From NCBI GenBank assembly GCA_965217775.1, contig CBDCJH010000002.1, positions 32,001 through 96,000 of the forward strand: DNA of 64,000 bases, given 5' to 3'. The notes beneath the pieces were generated by a model, which was not told the DNA's origin, did not search any database, and saw only the letters and a program-made list of their open reading frames with translations. The translations under genes were made by a program, and so were the position numbers. This DNA is from Acidobacteriota bacterium. Its GTDB lineage: Bacteria; Acidobacteriota; UBA6911; RPQK01; JAJDTT01. Shown here piece after piece: positions 28,289-37,106 of the stretch; positions within the stretch are counted from its first letter, which is position 1; the number at the start of each line of letters is the position of its first letter.

Positions 28289-28579
28289 CTAACGATTTGT
28301 TGTCAGAAGCTCGAAGGTGATCTTGAGCCGGGTGCCAGTTGCGCCCGCGATGCGCTCCAATGTTTGGGTAGATGGTTTGGTACGGCCGCTCTCAAGCCGA
28401 GCGACAACGGACTGAGTTGTCTTCATGAGCCGCGCGAGTTGCTCTTGCGTAAGGCCGGCTTTAGTACGTGCCGCAATCAGAGCACGGGCAAGTTCGAACT
28501 CGGGCTCAAGAGCTTCGTGAGTTTTGCGGTAGTCAGCGTCCTTCATCCACTTCTTGTGTAGGGAGCGTACCTTACTCAT
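28289..28579 (-). CDS. XRE-family HTH antitoxin
   Basis: ARTKAGLTQEQLARLMKTTQSVVARLESG HTH; start overlaps the toxin's natural stop (ATGA). Confidence 0.88.
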   Translation of the reverse strand: MSKVRSLHKKWMKDADYRKTHEALEPEFELARALIAARTKAGLTQEQLARLMKTTQSVVARLESGRTKPSTQTLERIAGATGTRLKITFELLTTNR

Positions 28580-28902
28580 CGCAGCACCTCCTTTGAACGT
28601 TTCAGGGCCAGATCAATCTCACGTTTTGGGGTCCTCCGGGTCTTTTTGACGAAGACGCGCACCACAACCACGCGCTACCCAGTTGCCGTTACGTAGATTG
28701 CCCGTGAGATGCCGTCCTTACCCTTCATGCGCATTTCCCACAACAGACCCTGCACGTGCTTGACGTGCGGTTCACGAACGCGGTCCAAGCCAAACTCCTC
28801 GATCAATCGGGAGATGTAACTGAAACGGACGCGCATGTCAGCGGGCAGCGCTTCGAGTTCTGCATCGACGACATCACTTAGGGTTTCTACTGTCCATGCC
28901 AA
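28576..28902 (-). pseudogene. RelE/Gp49-like (DUF891) toxin inactivated by a nonsense codon
   Basis: PHVKHVQGLLWEMRMKGKDGISRAIYVTATG*RVVVVRVFVKKTRRTPKREIDLAL. TAG at 28675-28677; frame continues to TGA at 28576. Confidence 0.85.
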
Positions 28903-29018
28903 GCGGACACCAACTATAGCATTTTTGCTATAGTCCGCAACCGATTGTGTGGATTTCAGGACATGTGAGATTTCTTTTCAGGTAGCCGATTGTAAGGTGG
29001 CAAGGAAAGCGTGTGGAG

Positions 29019-29491
29019 TCAAAAGGTCGAGAGCACGCAGCCTTCCGGCAATGTCGGCTCCATCGATTCACCCATCACCCTGATGCTGCTGCACCGGTCG
29101 GCGACCAGACCCTGCCGAGACAACCATTCGTGCCTGAAGTACGCGTAGGCCTTCACCTCTTCGTCCGGATCCAGGGCGCCACTGCCGGCTGCCGTCCGCA
29201 GCCTGCGAACCGGCATGGGCCGAGCGGCGGGAAGTCGGCGGATCTCAGGTGTGATTCCCCCTATCACAAGTTCTGCCGACGGCGTGGGATCCTCCGTCAG
29301 TCCCACCAAATAGTCGAGCGAGACGCCCAACTTGCGCGGTGATTTGACGGCCCCATCCAGAAGCAGCACCGAGTGACCCGCCTCCACATGGGAGATCATA
29401 GACTGATCGTAACGATACCCCAGCGCGCCCACTAGATTCACCTGCCGCAGGTTAGCCCGCTTGCGAGCCCCTCCAAACGCTTTCCCAGCAT
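29019..29491 (-). pseudogene. Phage-repressor-like HTH + S24 peptidase gene, frameshifted and truncated
   Basis: MLGKRL.. start at 29491 is out of frame with ARKRANLRQVNL... The HTH is followed by RVMGESMEPTLPEG and then an abrupt end. Confidence 0.7.
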
Positions 29492-29511
29492 GGAGCCTAA
29501 TTAGTTCGAAT

Positions 29512-30099
29512 TTACTTTGGGTTGTCGTTCTTCTTAGGATCGACTGTCGGCAAGCCGTCCGCCCAAGCCGAATCTCTATGCATGGCTGGTACGTGGTAAA
29601 TGTTTCCCATTCGTGAGCCGAAGAATACAGCGGTTGAAATAGGGAGCGTTATCATTAAATGGGAACCAAACATCGCGCCCATTGGAATGTCTCCCCCTTC
29701 GTTTGCGGTAGCGACTAGGACGAGAGCCTGCCAGGCAGCGAAGGTAAGACCCAGAGTGAGCCAGAATGATTTTCGTTCTGAGACCGGGCGGTATGCTAAC
29801 ACTTTGGACACAGCCTGCTTCTGGAAGGTTTCGGTATTCTCATCCTTAAACTTGAGTGTCACGGAATCGACTGTAGCCGAGTGAAAACGGCCCTTGTCTT
29901 ACTTGCTACTTTCCGGCAGGAGCGCGTCTTCGTAAAGCTGCACCTCGGTCTTGGTGTCAGGAGCGACGGCTTGTACCTTGGACCAATCGGACAATTTCCT
30001 CACGGCGCAGCCAGGCAAACTCGAGAGAAGCAGCAGGGGGACGAGTCCTCCCGCCGTGGCGTTCCTGAGCCCTCCACTCTTGCTGGTCCGGCGTCTCAT
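29512..30099 (-). pseudogene. Putative lipoprotein/membrane protein (paralog of 35609..36205) with in-frame TAA
   Basis: ORFs 29899..30099 and 29512..29862 are in the same frame: ESSK*DKGRFHSATVDSVTL vs GRQKIKGRFLSATEDSVTL in the paralog. Confidence 0.8.
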
Positions 30100-30225
30100 G
30101 GCATCGACCTCCTAACTCGGATAATGGGTCCTATGCCAGGCCGAACCGAGGAGACTGGCGAAGTAAAATGACTTGCAGGCTGGCTCTTCCTCCGGCATAG
30201 GACGAGTTGACTTAGGGTCTGCCGA

Positions 30226-31107
30226 GTGCATCACCACTCGGCGGGCTCGCCTTTTACCATTCCTACCGGCAGCGTAACAAGCGCCATCTTTACGGTAACC
30301 CGGAGCCTTGGGCCAGCTTCTTCCGTTACCGTAGGCGTCGTCGATTTGCCGAGTCTGCCGTCAGATCATAGCGGCTATAAATTGGTAAAATCTCCCACAT
30401 TACCCTTGGTCGTTCTTGACGCACTGGGTCTGAACTTTCCCCATTTCGCCAATGGGGAGTCCATATTCTCCGACTTGGTCCTGGTGAATGTAGGGGCCAC
30501 GTCCATCCGCCCTGCCATCTACTTTTACGATACCGAGGGGAATCCCATTAACGCCGAATCGGTAGTGGATATCTCTGAAGACCTGGAGATCTGCGAAGAT
30601 GGTGCTTTGGGCACCCAGACGGAGTTGGCGTCCCTAGAGGAACGGACCATTTCGACCCACGGCCGAGCGGAACTGGTGACCGGGTCGGTGCAGGTGATCG
30701 CAAACGGCCCCCTGGGCGGGTTCTTGCGCTTCGACAGTCCGGGACTGGGAGTGGCTGGCGTGGGGACGGGCCCACCCGCCAGCGATGTGATCTTCCCAGC
30801 TCGCCGACAGGAAGAAGGGATCAACACCGGAGCCGCGGTCCGCAACCTGACCGGACTCGAGATGGCAGTGACTTGCCGATTGATGCAAGGTGGCGGCGTG
30901 CTGGACGAGGCGGAGATCCCGCTGGCAGCCAATGGACAGGCGGCGCAATTCATTCACGAGATGTTCCCTGGGACCGACACCTCCGATTTTGTGGGGTCGG
31001 TGCGCTGCAGGGTGTCTGGAGGGGGAAGGTTCACGGGAGTGGCTTTGGAGATGGATGCCAACAACCGCATCTTTACGACGCTTCCTGTCGTTCCGATTCC
31101 ACGATGA
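30226..31107 (+). pseudogene. 3' remnant of another large secreted protein carrying one FAHF...IFTTLPVVP C-terminal domain
   Basis: LNFPHFANG...SDLVLVNV...IFTTLPVVPIPR is highly similar to the giant-protein C-termini. No signal peptide or clear RBS. Confidence 0.65.
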
Positions 31108-31488
31108 TCGATCGAGAATAGCTGGCCAGGGCGTCGTCCTCAGAACCCGTCCAGGGTACGAAAAGTTGATCTTATTGCAGCCTGACCTCTTTCTGGGGGT
31201 GTCTGACCATCCTCTTGGAGAAATCCCCCCTCCGCCGCGAGGCGCAGGCAGAGCCTGAACGATGTCCAAGGGCCTATGTCTAATCTTTGGTCCGCCAGCG
31301 CCAAGCCAACATAGGCCCTCTGAGGGCGCCTTTGTTCTCGGGATCGGCCCCATTCGGTCCGGAAGCGTCGAACCAGCCCGAACCCTGATGCTGGAGCGCC
31401 AGGGCCGGAAGCGCTACGGCCTCCTATGGCTGCGGCCCGGGTGAAGATCCCTTCTCCTCGGGCCTCGAATTATTGTCGGTAAAGTACA

Positions 31489-31809
31489 TTACCGGGAGAC
31501 TGCGTCACGTGCCCTCGTGTCCTCCCGCCATCCGCGTGCTCTTCGTGCCTGCGCGAGTTCATAGCTCGCCTGCATTCGCATCCAGTGATCGGCCGTGCCC
31601 CAGCCGATAGCCTCCAGGGCGAGCGCCATGTTCGCGGACACGCCCGCTTTGCCGTTCAGTAGACGCGACAGGGTCCCTCGCTCGCACCCTAGGCGGGCCG
31701 CCGTCTCAGTCACGTTCCAGCCGACCTCGTCCATGCTCTCACGGATCAGTTCGCCCAGGTGCGGAGGGTTCAGCATCGGACCCACGCGCTCGCTGCCGGT
31801 GCCGTTCAT
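31489..31809 (-). CDS. higA: HigA-family addiction module antitoxin
   Basis: NPPHLGELIRE...TETAARLGCERGTLSRLLNGKAGVSANMALAL...WMRMQASYEL; GGAGG RBS before ATG 31809. Confidence 0.88.
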   Translation of the reverse strand: MNGTGSERVGPMLNPPHLGELIRESMDEVGWNVTETAARLGCERGTLSRLLNGKAGVSANMALALEAIGWGTADHWMRMQASYELAQARRARGWREDTRARDAVSR

Positions 31810-31826
31810 GATCTTTCCTCCTTCCA

Positions 31827-32030
31827 TCAGTGGTAATCAACCAGGTCCACATCCACGACCTCGGCGTCCTCGAAGCGGAACACAACGCGCCAGTTGCCCG
31901 AGACGCGAACACTCCATTGGCCCGCTCGGCCGCCTTTCAGGGGATGCAGCCGAAAACCGGGTGCGGCTGCACTACCCGGATGTGTTGCTTCTTGCAGCCG
32001 GAGCAAGATTCTCCGAAGCCGTGCCACTAG
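31827..32030 (-). pseudogene. higB: HigB (plasmid maintenance killer) toxin, 5'-truncated at the IS1634 end
   Basis: PGFRLHPLKG...WSVRVSGNWRVVFRFEDAEVVDVDLVDYH; N-terminal part replaced by the IS left end at 32031. Confidence 0.8.
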
Positions 32031-32254
32031 CTCGACTTTACCGTGTTCGCACCAGCATAGCATTGCCCTAGCGCGTGGGCAGACCGACGATTCAGATTCA
32101 AGTTATTGATAAGGAAGGGTTTATCAGCCAGCCCGGCCGAGGCCCTTGCTCTCGTCCCATTGATTTTTGTATGACCTAACATATGGTGGGATTTGTCAGG
32201 TCTTCTCCAGAACTATTATTCCATCTTTTAATGAAGTTTTTACGGATAACTCGC

Positions 32255-32284
32255 TTGACATCGGTCGGATCCATACGCTATTGT
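32255..32284 (+). promoter_or_regulatory. sigma70-like transposase promoter
   Basis: TTGACA (32255) - 18 bp - TATTGT, 13 bp before the ATG; no RBS, so near-leaderless. Confidence 0.5.
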
Positions 32285-32297
32285 ATGACCTAATTAT

Positions 32298-34022
32298 ATG
32301 GCTAGCCTCGTCAAGAAGATCATCCGGGGCCGCCCCTACTACTACGCCCGCGTCTGCAAGCGCGTCGACGGCAAACCCAAGATCGTCTCCCAGACCTATC
32401 TCGGTCGCGCCGACAAGATCATCGAGAAGCTCCGCGCCGCCCCCGCCCCCGCCCAGCCGCTCGAGGCGGTCGTGCGCGAATTCGGGGCCTCGGCCGCCCT
32501 GCTTACTCTCGCCCGCCGCTTGCAGTTGGTCGAGCACATCGACCGCCATCTCCCCAAGCGCGGCTCCGGTCCCTCCGTCGGCACCTACTTGCTCGCCGCC
32601 GTCCTCAACCGCTGCCTCGCCCCCGGCTCCAAGGCCAGCCTCGCCCGTTGGTTCGACTCCACCGCCCTGCGCCGCCTGCTCCCCCTGCGCTCCAACCAGC
32701 TCACCAGCCAGCGCTTCTGGGACCATATGCACCGCGTCCCCGTCCCCGCCCTCCCCGCCATTGAACGCGACATCGTTGCCGCCATGACCCGCGAGTTCCG
32801 CCTCGACCTGGGCCAAGTGCTGTTTGACGCCACCAACTTCTTTACCTACATCAATTCCTTCAACCAGCGCTCCCAACTGGCTCAGCGCGGTCACAGCAAG
32901 GAGGGCCGCAGGTCGTTGCGCATCATCGGCGTGGCCCTGCTGGTCACGGCCGACTTCCGCCTGCCCCTGCTGCATCGCACCTATCCCGGCAACCGCCCCG
33001 ACGCGCCGACGTTCCAAAGCCTCGCCGCCGACTTGGCCCGGCGCTACCGGGAGATCGCCGCCGGGACCGAGACGGTCACCCTGGTCTTCGACAAGGGCAA
33101 CAACTCGCGCCCGAACTTGGACTGGGTCGAGCGCAGCCCGTTCCACTTCATCGGCTCGCTGGTCCCCACCCAGCATCCGCACCTGCTGGCCGTGCCTGCG
33201 GACCAGATGCGCTCGCTGGAGGCCGACGGGCTGGCCGGCGTGCGCTCCTACCGCACCGAGTCCAAAGTGTTCGGCGTCCAGCGCACGGTGCTGGTGACTT
33301 GGAACCAAGCGCTGTTCGACGCCCAATGTCGGACGCTGCTGCGCGAGATCGCTAAGCGGCGCCAGCACCTGCGCGCCCTGCAGTGGCAGTTGCGGCGCTG
33401 GCGCGAGGGCAAGATCCGGGGGGGACGCAAGCCGAGCCTGGCCGGCACGCGCAAGAAGGTCGACGGCTGGCTGCGGGCCCGGCACATGCGGGACCTGTTC
33501 GCCGTTCAGGTGCGTGAGGTGGACGGCTTGCCGAAGGTGAATTATCGCTTCCAGCGGCGCGCCTGGGAGCAGCTTCAGCGCACGTTACTGGGCAAGACCC
33601 TGCTGTTCACCGACCAGGCGGGCTGGAGCGATGCCGAGCTGGTGCGCGGCTACCGCGCGCAACATCATGTCGAGAGCGCCTTCCGGCAGCTCAAGGACAG
33701 CAACTGCATCGCCATTCGGCCACAATACCACTGGACGGACCAGAAGATCGCGGTGCATGTGTTCTGCTGCGTGCTGGCGCTGATGCTGTGCGGCCTGCTG
33801 CAGCGGGAACTGAGCCGCCACGGCGTGCAGGACTCGATCCCCGCGCTGCTGGACGCGCTCAGCGGGATCCGCGAGGTCGACGTGCTGTATCCAGCGCGGG
33901 AGGAGGGCGGCGAGCCCGAACTCCGGACGACGCTCTCGCAGATGACGGACGAACAGCGCACGATGTACGAAGTCCTGGGACTCGAAAAACACGCCATCCG
34001 ACCCCTTGGTGCGGCTCCGTAG
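32298..34022 (+). CDS. IS1634-family DDE transposase
   Basis: 574 aa; YYYARVCKRVDGKP N-terminus, FDATNF, GHSKEGR, FDKGN, VESAFRQLK, HVFCCVLAL. Confidence 0.92.
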   Translation: MASLVKKIIRGRPYYYARVCKRVDGKPKIVSQTYLGRADKIIEKLRAAPAPAQPLEAVVREFGASAALLTLARRLQLVEHIDRHLPKRGSGPSVGTYLLAAVLNRCLAPGSKASLARWFDSTALRRLLPLRSNQLTSQRFWDHMHRVPVPALPAIERDIVAAMTREFRLDLGQVLFDATNFFTYINSFNQRSQLAQRGHSKEGRRSLRIIGVALLVTADFRLPLLHRTYPGNRPDAPTFQSLAADLARRYREIAAGTETVTLVFDKGNNSRPNLDWVERSPFHFIGSLVPTQHPHLLAVPADQMRSLEADGLAGVRSYRTESKVFGVQRTVLVTWNQALFDAQCRTLLREIAKRRQHLRALQWQLRRWREGKIRGGRKPSLAGTRKKVDGWLRARHMRDLFAVQVREVDGLPKVNYRFQRRAWEQLQRTLLGKTLLFTDQAGWSDAELVRGYRAQHHVESAFRQLKDSNCIAIRPQYHWTDQKIAVHVFCCVLALMLCGLLQRELSRHGVQDSIPALLDALSGIREVDVLYPAREEGGEPELRTTLSQMTDEQRTMYEVLGLEKHAIRPLGAAP

Positions 34023-34070
34023 GTCATACGGGACACCTGCCCTATCTCTTTGCAAAAAAACAACTTATCT

Positions 34071-34619
34071 TTATCCTGATCTCCAATACGGTAAACTCGG
34101 GCTAGGAGTTCCAGGAGCTTTGTAGACCACGATGTCTTCGGTTTTCGTCTCGGCGTCGGCAACGACCCCTATTACGGCTCCAAGTCCCGCACAAACAGGG
34201 ACAGCTACCAACAACGCCTGGTAGGCTAGATCGCCGCGCGTTCCACTAGGTGCTTCGAAGACAATTCCAATCAAGGAGAGCCCACCAGCGACTCCGGCTC
34301 CAACTGCGGCTCCTTTCAATGCGCCATCGCCCAATCCATCCTTGGCAGGAAGTGTAATGGTCTGGATATCCGCTCGCGGAATCAATGCCCGGCCGGCGGC
34401 GTTCAGGAGTTCTAGATCTGACGAAGACAAGTCTCGGAACTGGCCGCTGATTCGATCTCCGTTTTTCAGTTCCACCTTGATGAGCGGCGCCATTTCTAAG
34501 GCGGCGACCTTCTCCCAGCGGCCCGGGATCACCTCCGCATGTGCTGGGATGGAGATCAATCCAGCCAGAATCAAAGAGACGATTTGGATCCGGTATGATT
34601 TCATGGTTGAGGATTTCAT
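34071..34619 (-). CDS. Exported/membrane protein, Sm/SH3-like domain + Gly-rich TM hairpin; last codons read into the IS end
   Basis: Signal peptide ...AHA, WEKVAAL..VELKNGDRISGQF, GALKGAAVGAGVAGG. Confidence 0.75.
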   Translation of the reverse strand: MKSSTMKSYRIQIVSLILAGLISIPAHAEVIPGRWEKVAALEMAPLIKVELKNGDRISGQFRDLSSSDLELLNAAGRALIPRADIQTITLPAKDGLGDGALKGAAVGAGVAGGLSLIGIVFEAPSGTRGDLAYQALLVAVPVCAGLGAVIGVVADAETKTEDIVVYKAPGTPSPSLPYWRSG

Positions 34620-34643
34620 TTCGGCACTTCCTTATGCTTTGGT

Positions 34644-34727
34644 CTCCTGCCCCCCGTGGAGCGTCCCCACAGAGAGCAGGAGGGACGCATCAACAAATGT
34701 GAATTCTGCGCGGGAAGAGGCTCACCG
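34644..34727 (-). promoter_or_regulatory. Conserved promoter-like motif + 5'-UTR stem-loop
   Basis: CGGTGAGCC-N14-ATTCACAT, then an 18-bp hairpin CTCCTGC...GCAGGAG; homologous to 35490-35573. Confidence 0.6.
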
Positions 34728-34879
34728 AGGACGGGATGGGGCAGGGCGCCTGGACATCTGGCCCACGTTTGAAGGATCAGAAAAACATTTGATCCTTCGG
34801 TTAACGGATGTCCTGCTGATGATCTTCTCTCTGCTGGGGGTCTCCGGGGGGTTCGTGGCAGACATCCTGGGAGAGATCG

Positions 34880-35464
34880 TCAATCGACGATCTTGATGAT
34901 GATAGTCTCGCGATCCTTGCGTTTGCCCAACCAGTAGCCGAGAATAGCGCTCCCTACGGCTCCGCCCAGAAGGACCGAACACACCTCACCACCTCTTGAG
35001 GTCTCAATGATATGAATTCCCTGACTCGTGTACGCTACGATCGGGATAGAAAATCCGAGAAGTCCAAAACCTACGGCTCCCGACAACCGCAAGCTACCCC
35101 GCATTGCCTCAACTCGAATCTCTTTGACTGAACCTATGGCGATCGTGGTTTCGGAACCCTTAGAGTACCGTTTCCCATCCGTGGCTCTTGTAATGTGACC
35201 AAGATGAATGCTGTCGGCCAGAACCGTGATCTCATTGCCCCGGATGGCGCCTCCCTCAGAGAGAAGAATCGTGAACTGTTCCTCTCCGCTCAGAAAATCG
35301 CGAACTTCCTCCCAGGTCATCTCGCGGCGAATCTCCGTGCCGGCATTCAGCGTCTCGGGAACACAGAACAGAGCAACCAAGATCTGTGCTAGCAGTAACG
35401 GGATCATCCCGGCTGTTGTGGTTTTCCTCAGCCATCCTCCATTCGTGATCGTCAGACGTCTCAT
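34880..35464 (-). CDS. Exported/membrane protein of the same broad family
   Basis: Start at ATG 35464 (AAGGAGGT RBS); MRRLT..GGWLRKTTTAGMIPLLL leader like 30099 and 36205; two C-terminal TM segments. Confidence 0.75.
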   Translation of the reverse strand: MRRLTITNGGWLRKTTTAGMIPLLLAQILVALFCVPETLNAGTEIRREMTWEEVRDFLSGEEQFTILLSEGGAIRGNEITVLADSIHLGHITRATDGKRYSKGSETTIAIGSVKEIRVEAMRGSLRLSGAVGFGLLGFSIPIVAYTSQGIHIIETSRGGEVCSVLLGGAVGSAILGYWLGKRKDRETIIIKIVD

Positions 35465-35489
35465 GGCGTGTACCTCCTTCTGCCTCGCT

Positions 35490-35573
35490 CTCCTGCCCCC
35501 CGTGGGACATCCCCACAAAGGGCAGGAGGTACGCATCAGGAAATGTGAATTCTTCGTCGGTAGGGGCTCACCG
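35490..35573 (-). promoter_or_regulatory. Conserved promoter-like motif + 5'-UTR stem-loop
   Basis: CGGTGAGCC-N14-ATTCACAT and hairpin CTCCTGCCCTTTGTGGGG-ATG-TCCCACGGGGGGCAGGAG. Confidence 0.6.
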
Positions 35574-35608
35574 AGACCGGGCATAGTCACGGTGTCTGAA
35601 GTTCCGAA

Positions 35609-36205
35609 TCACTTGGAATCGTTCGGCTCCTTGGTCTTGATCGCCGGCGAGCCATCCCACCACTCTAAATCTCTGTGCTGGAGTGGGACTTCGTAAATCC
35701 TTCCCATCCGTGATCCGATGAAGAATGGGATCGAAATTGGGACGGACAGAATAATGAGGTTGGCGAGAAAACCTTCTCGTCGCGTCATATCGTTGCTGAG
35801 CGGAAACAGTGCACCTGCACCAGCGGTAACCAAAATGGCGGCCCATCCGGGCCATCGCTTCAAGAACGGGCGATGGGTCAGCACCTTGCGCACATCCGTT
35901 TTCTGCAACGTGCGGGTTCTCAAATCCGTGTGGATGCGCTCCGTAAGTTCCAGGGTGACAGAGTCCTCCGTAGCCGATAGGAACCGCCCCTTGATCTTCT
36001 GCCTTCCTTGGGGCGCTTTGTCTTTGTACAGTTGAACCTCAGTCTTGGTCCCCGGCTTCACGCCTTGGACCTTGGGCCAAGTGGGCATGGGGTCCACGGA
36101 CCACCCGCCGCAGCTTGGCACACTCGCGAGTAGCAACAGGGGGACGAGGCCCGCCGCCGTGGTTCTCCTGAGTTCTCCTCCACTCTTGTTCGTCCATCGT
36201 CTCAT
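35609..36205 (-). CDS. Putative lipoprotein/membrane protein
   Basis: MRRWTNKSGGELRRTTAAGLVPLLLLASVPSC lipobox-like; two TM segments; GGAGG RBS. Confidence 0.8.
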   Translation of the reverse strand: MRRWTNKSGGELRRTTAAGLVPLLLLASVPSCGGWSVDPMPTWPKVQGVKPGTKTEVQLYKDKAPQGRQKIKGRFLSATEDSVTLELTERIHTDLRTRTLQKTDVRKVLTHRPFLKRWPGWAAILVTAGAGALFPLSNDMTRREGFLANLIILSVPISIPFFIGSRMGRIYEVPLQHRDLEWWDGSPAIKTKEPNDSK

Positions 36206-36247
36206 GGCATCGCCCTCCTCCGGGTGGAATGATCCCGTCAGGGATCA

Positions 36248-36278
36248 ATGTGATGTTTTCACCAGAATGGGCTCACCG
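36248..36278 (-). promoter_or_regulatory. Third copy of the promoter-like motif
   Basis: CGGTGAGCC-N14-CATCACAT followed by hairpin TGATCCC/GGGATCA. Confidence 0.55.
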
Positions 36279-36380
36279 GTTTGGAAATAAGAGGGGATCG
36301 AAAAGCGCCAATCCGTCGCAGAGAATGGGGAGTCAGAGGTCTTCTGTAGATTACGATAAAGTATATTATGCATATCTATG

Positions 36381-36620
36381 ATGGCTGACTAGGAACTCGT
36401 TCTCAGAACCTCGGATTCGCCGGCCGAAACCGACCTCGAAGGGACCTTCCCGGCCATCCTCATGCGCGCCGGCAAGGCGGCCTGCTTTGCCGCGGACGTG
36501 TTCTTCTCGGCCCGAATCTCCAACCCCCACACCCGGACCGCCTACGCCCACCAGGTGAGCCGGTTCCTCGCTTGGTGCGAGGACCAGGGGCTGGAGCTCC
36601 ACCAGGTGACGCCCGGCCGG
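36381..36620 (+). pseudogene. Tyrosine recombinase/integrase N-terminal (SAM-like) remnant
   Basis: MAD*ELV...FFSARISNPHTRTAYAHQVSRFLAWCE; in-frame TAG at codon 4; no catalytic domain. Confidence 0.7.
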
Positions 36621-36990
36621 GCCGGTGCAAGCGACGGAGCCGCGGAATCGCCGGTTCTTTTCATCGGCAGCCTCCTCCATTCCCTCGGCACCACAGGTGA
36701 AATGGTCCTCGGCGGCATCGCTGTCGGGAGGCGGCCCTTCCACCTCCGTCACCCAGAGAACGCCCGCCGCCTCGTTCAGCTCGCCGAAAATAAGGCCACC
36801 GGGCTCAACTTTTTGGTCCGGCCGTTCGAACAGAGCGTCTCGTCCACGCTCGCATTTCGCGTACGGCTTCGGAAGATACCCGGACCGAGAGCCCCCTTCC
36901 CTTCTCTTCTAGGATGTGGTCTGGCGACCAAGAAAACGCATGGATCGGACCCTGCTCTTCGAAGATCCACCCGGATCCAGTTTTCCCGAT
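36621..36990 (-). pseudogene. Prokaryotic JAB/MPN domain remnant (frameshifted, truncated)
   Basis: VRVSSEAVREMRAWTRRS..GPK / VEPGGLIFGELNEAAGVLWVTEVEGPPPDS...FTCG; frameshift at T5 run 36810-36814; cut just before the expected HxH. Confidence 0.65.
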
Positions 36991-37106
36991 ATCGAGTCCG
37001 GAAGCGTCCGTTGGAATGAAGCGGAATCGTCGCATAGAATCCGCCGGATACACTATCCCGCGATCGTGAGTCCGCAGTTGATCACGTGGACGGGAGGCTA
37101 TGCCTT

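Larger units (their letters stand above)
32031..34101 (+). mobile_element. IS1634-family insertion sequence
   Basis: Imperfect TIRs CTCGACTTTACCGTGTT / AATACGGTAAACTCGGG, each flanked by CTAG; single transposase. Confidence 0.85.

Noticed and set aside
32167-34162. Alternative ORFs overlapping the IS1634 transposase (e.g. 32196..33485 minus)
   Set aside because: Shadow frames of the transposase with no recognisable domains.
26535-36392. Several in-frame TAG codons suggesting amber recoding
   Set aside because: TAG terminates intact genes in the window (transposase, rfaD, 53336 gene), and the same region also has a TAA stop, frameshifts and truncations, consistent with ordinary decay.
34620-36620. 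Integron cassette array (hairpins as attC sites, adjacent integrase)
   Set aside because: The hairpins lack RYYYAAC/GTTRRRY cores and lie 5' of the genes. The integrase stub is too short to show IntI features.
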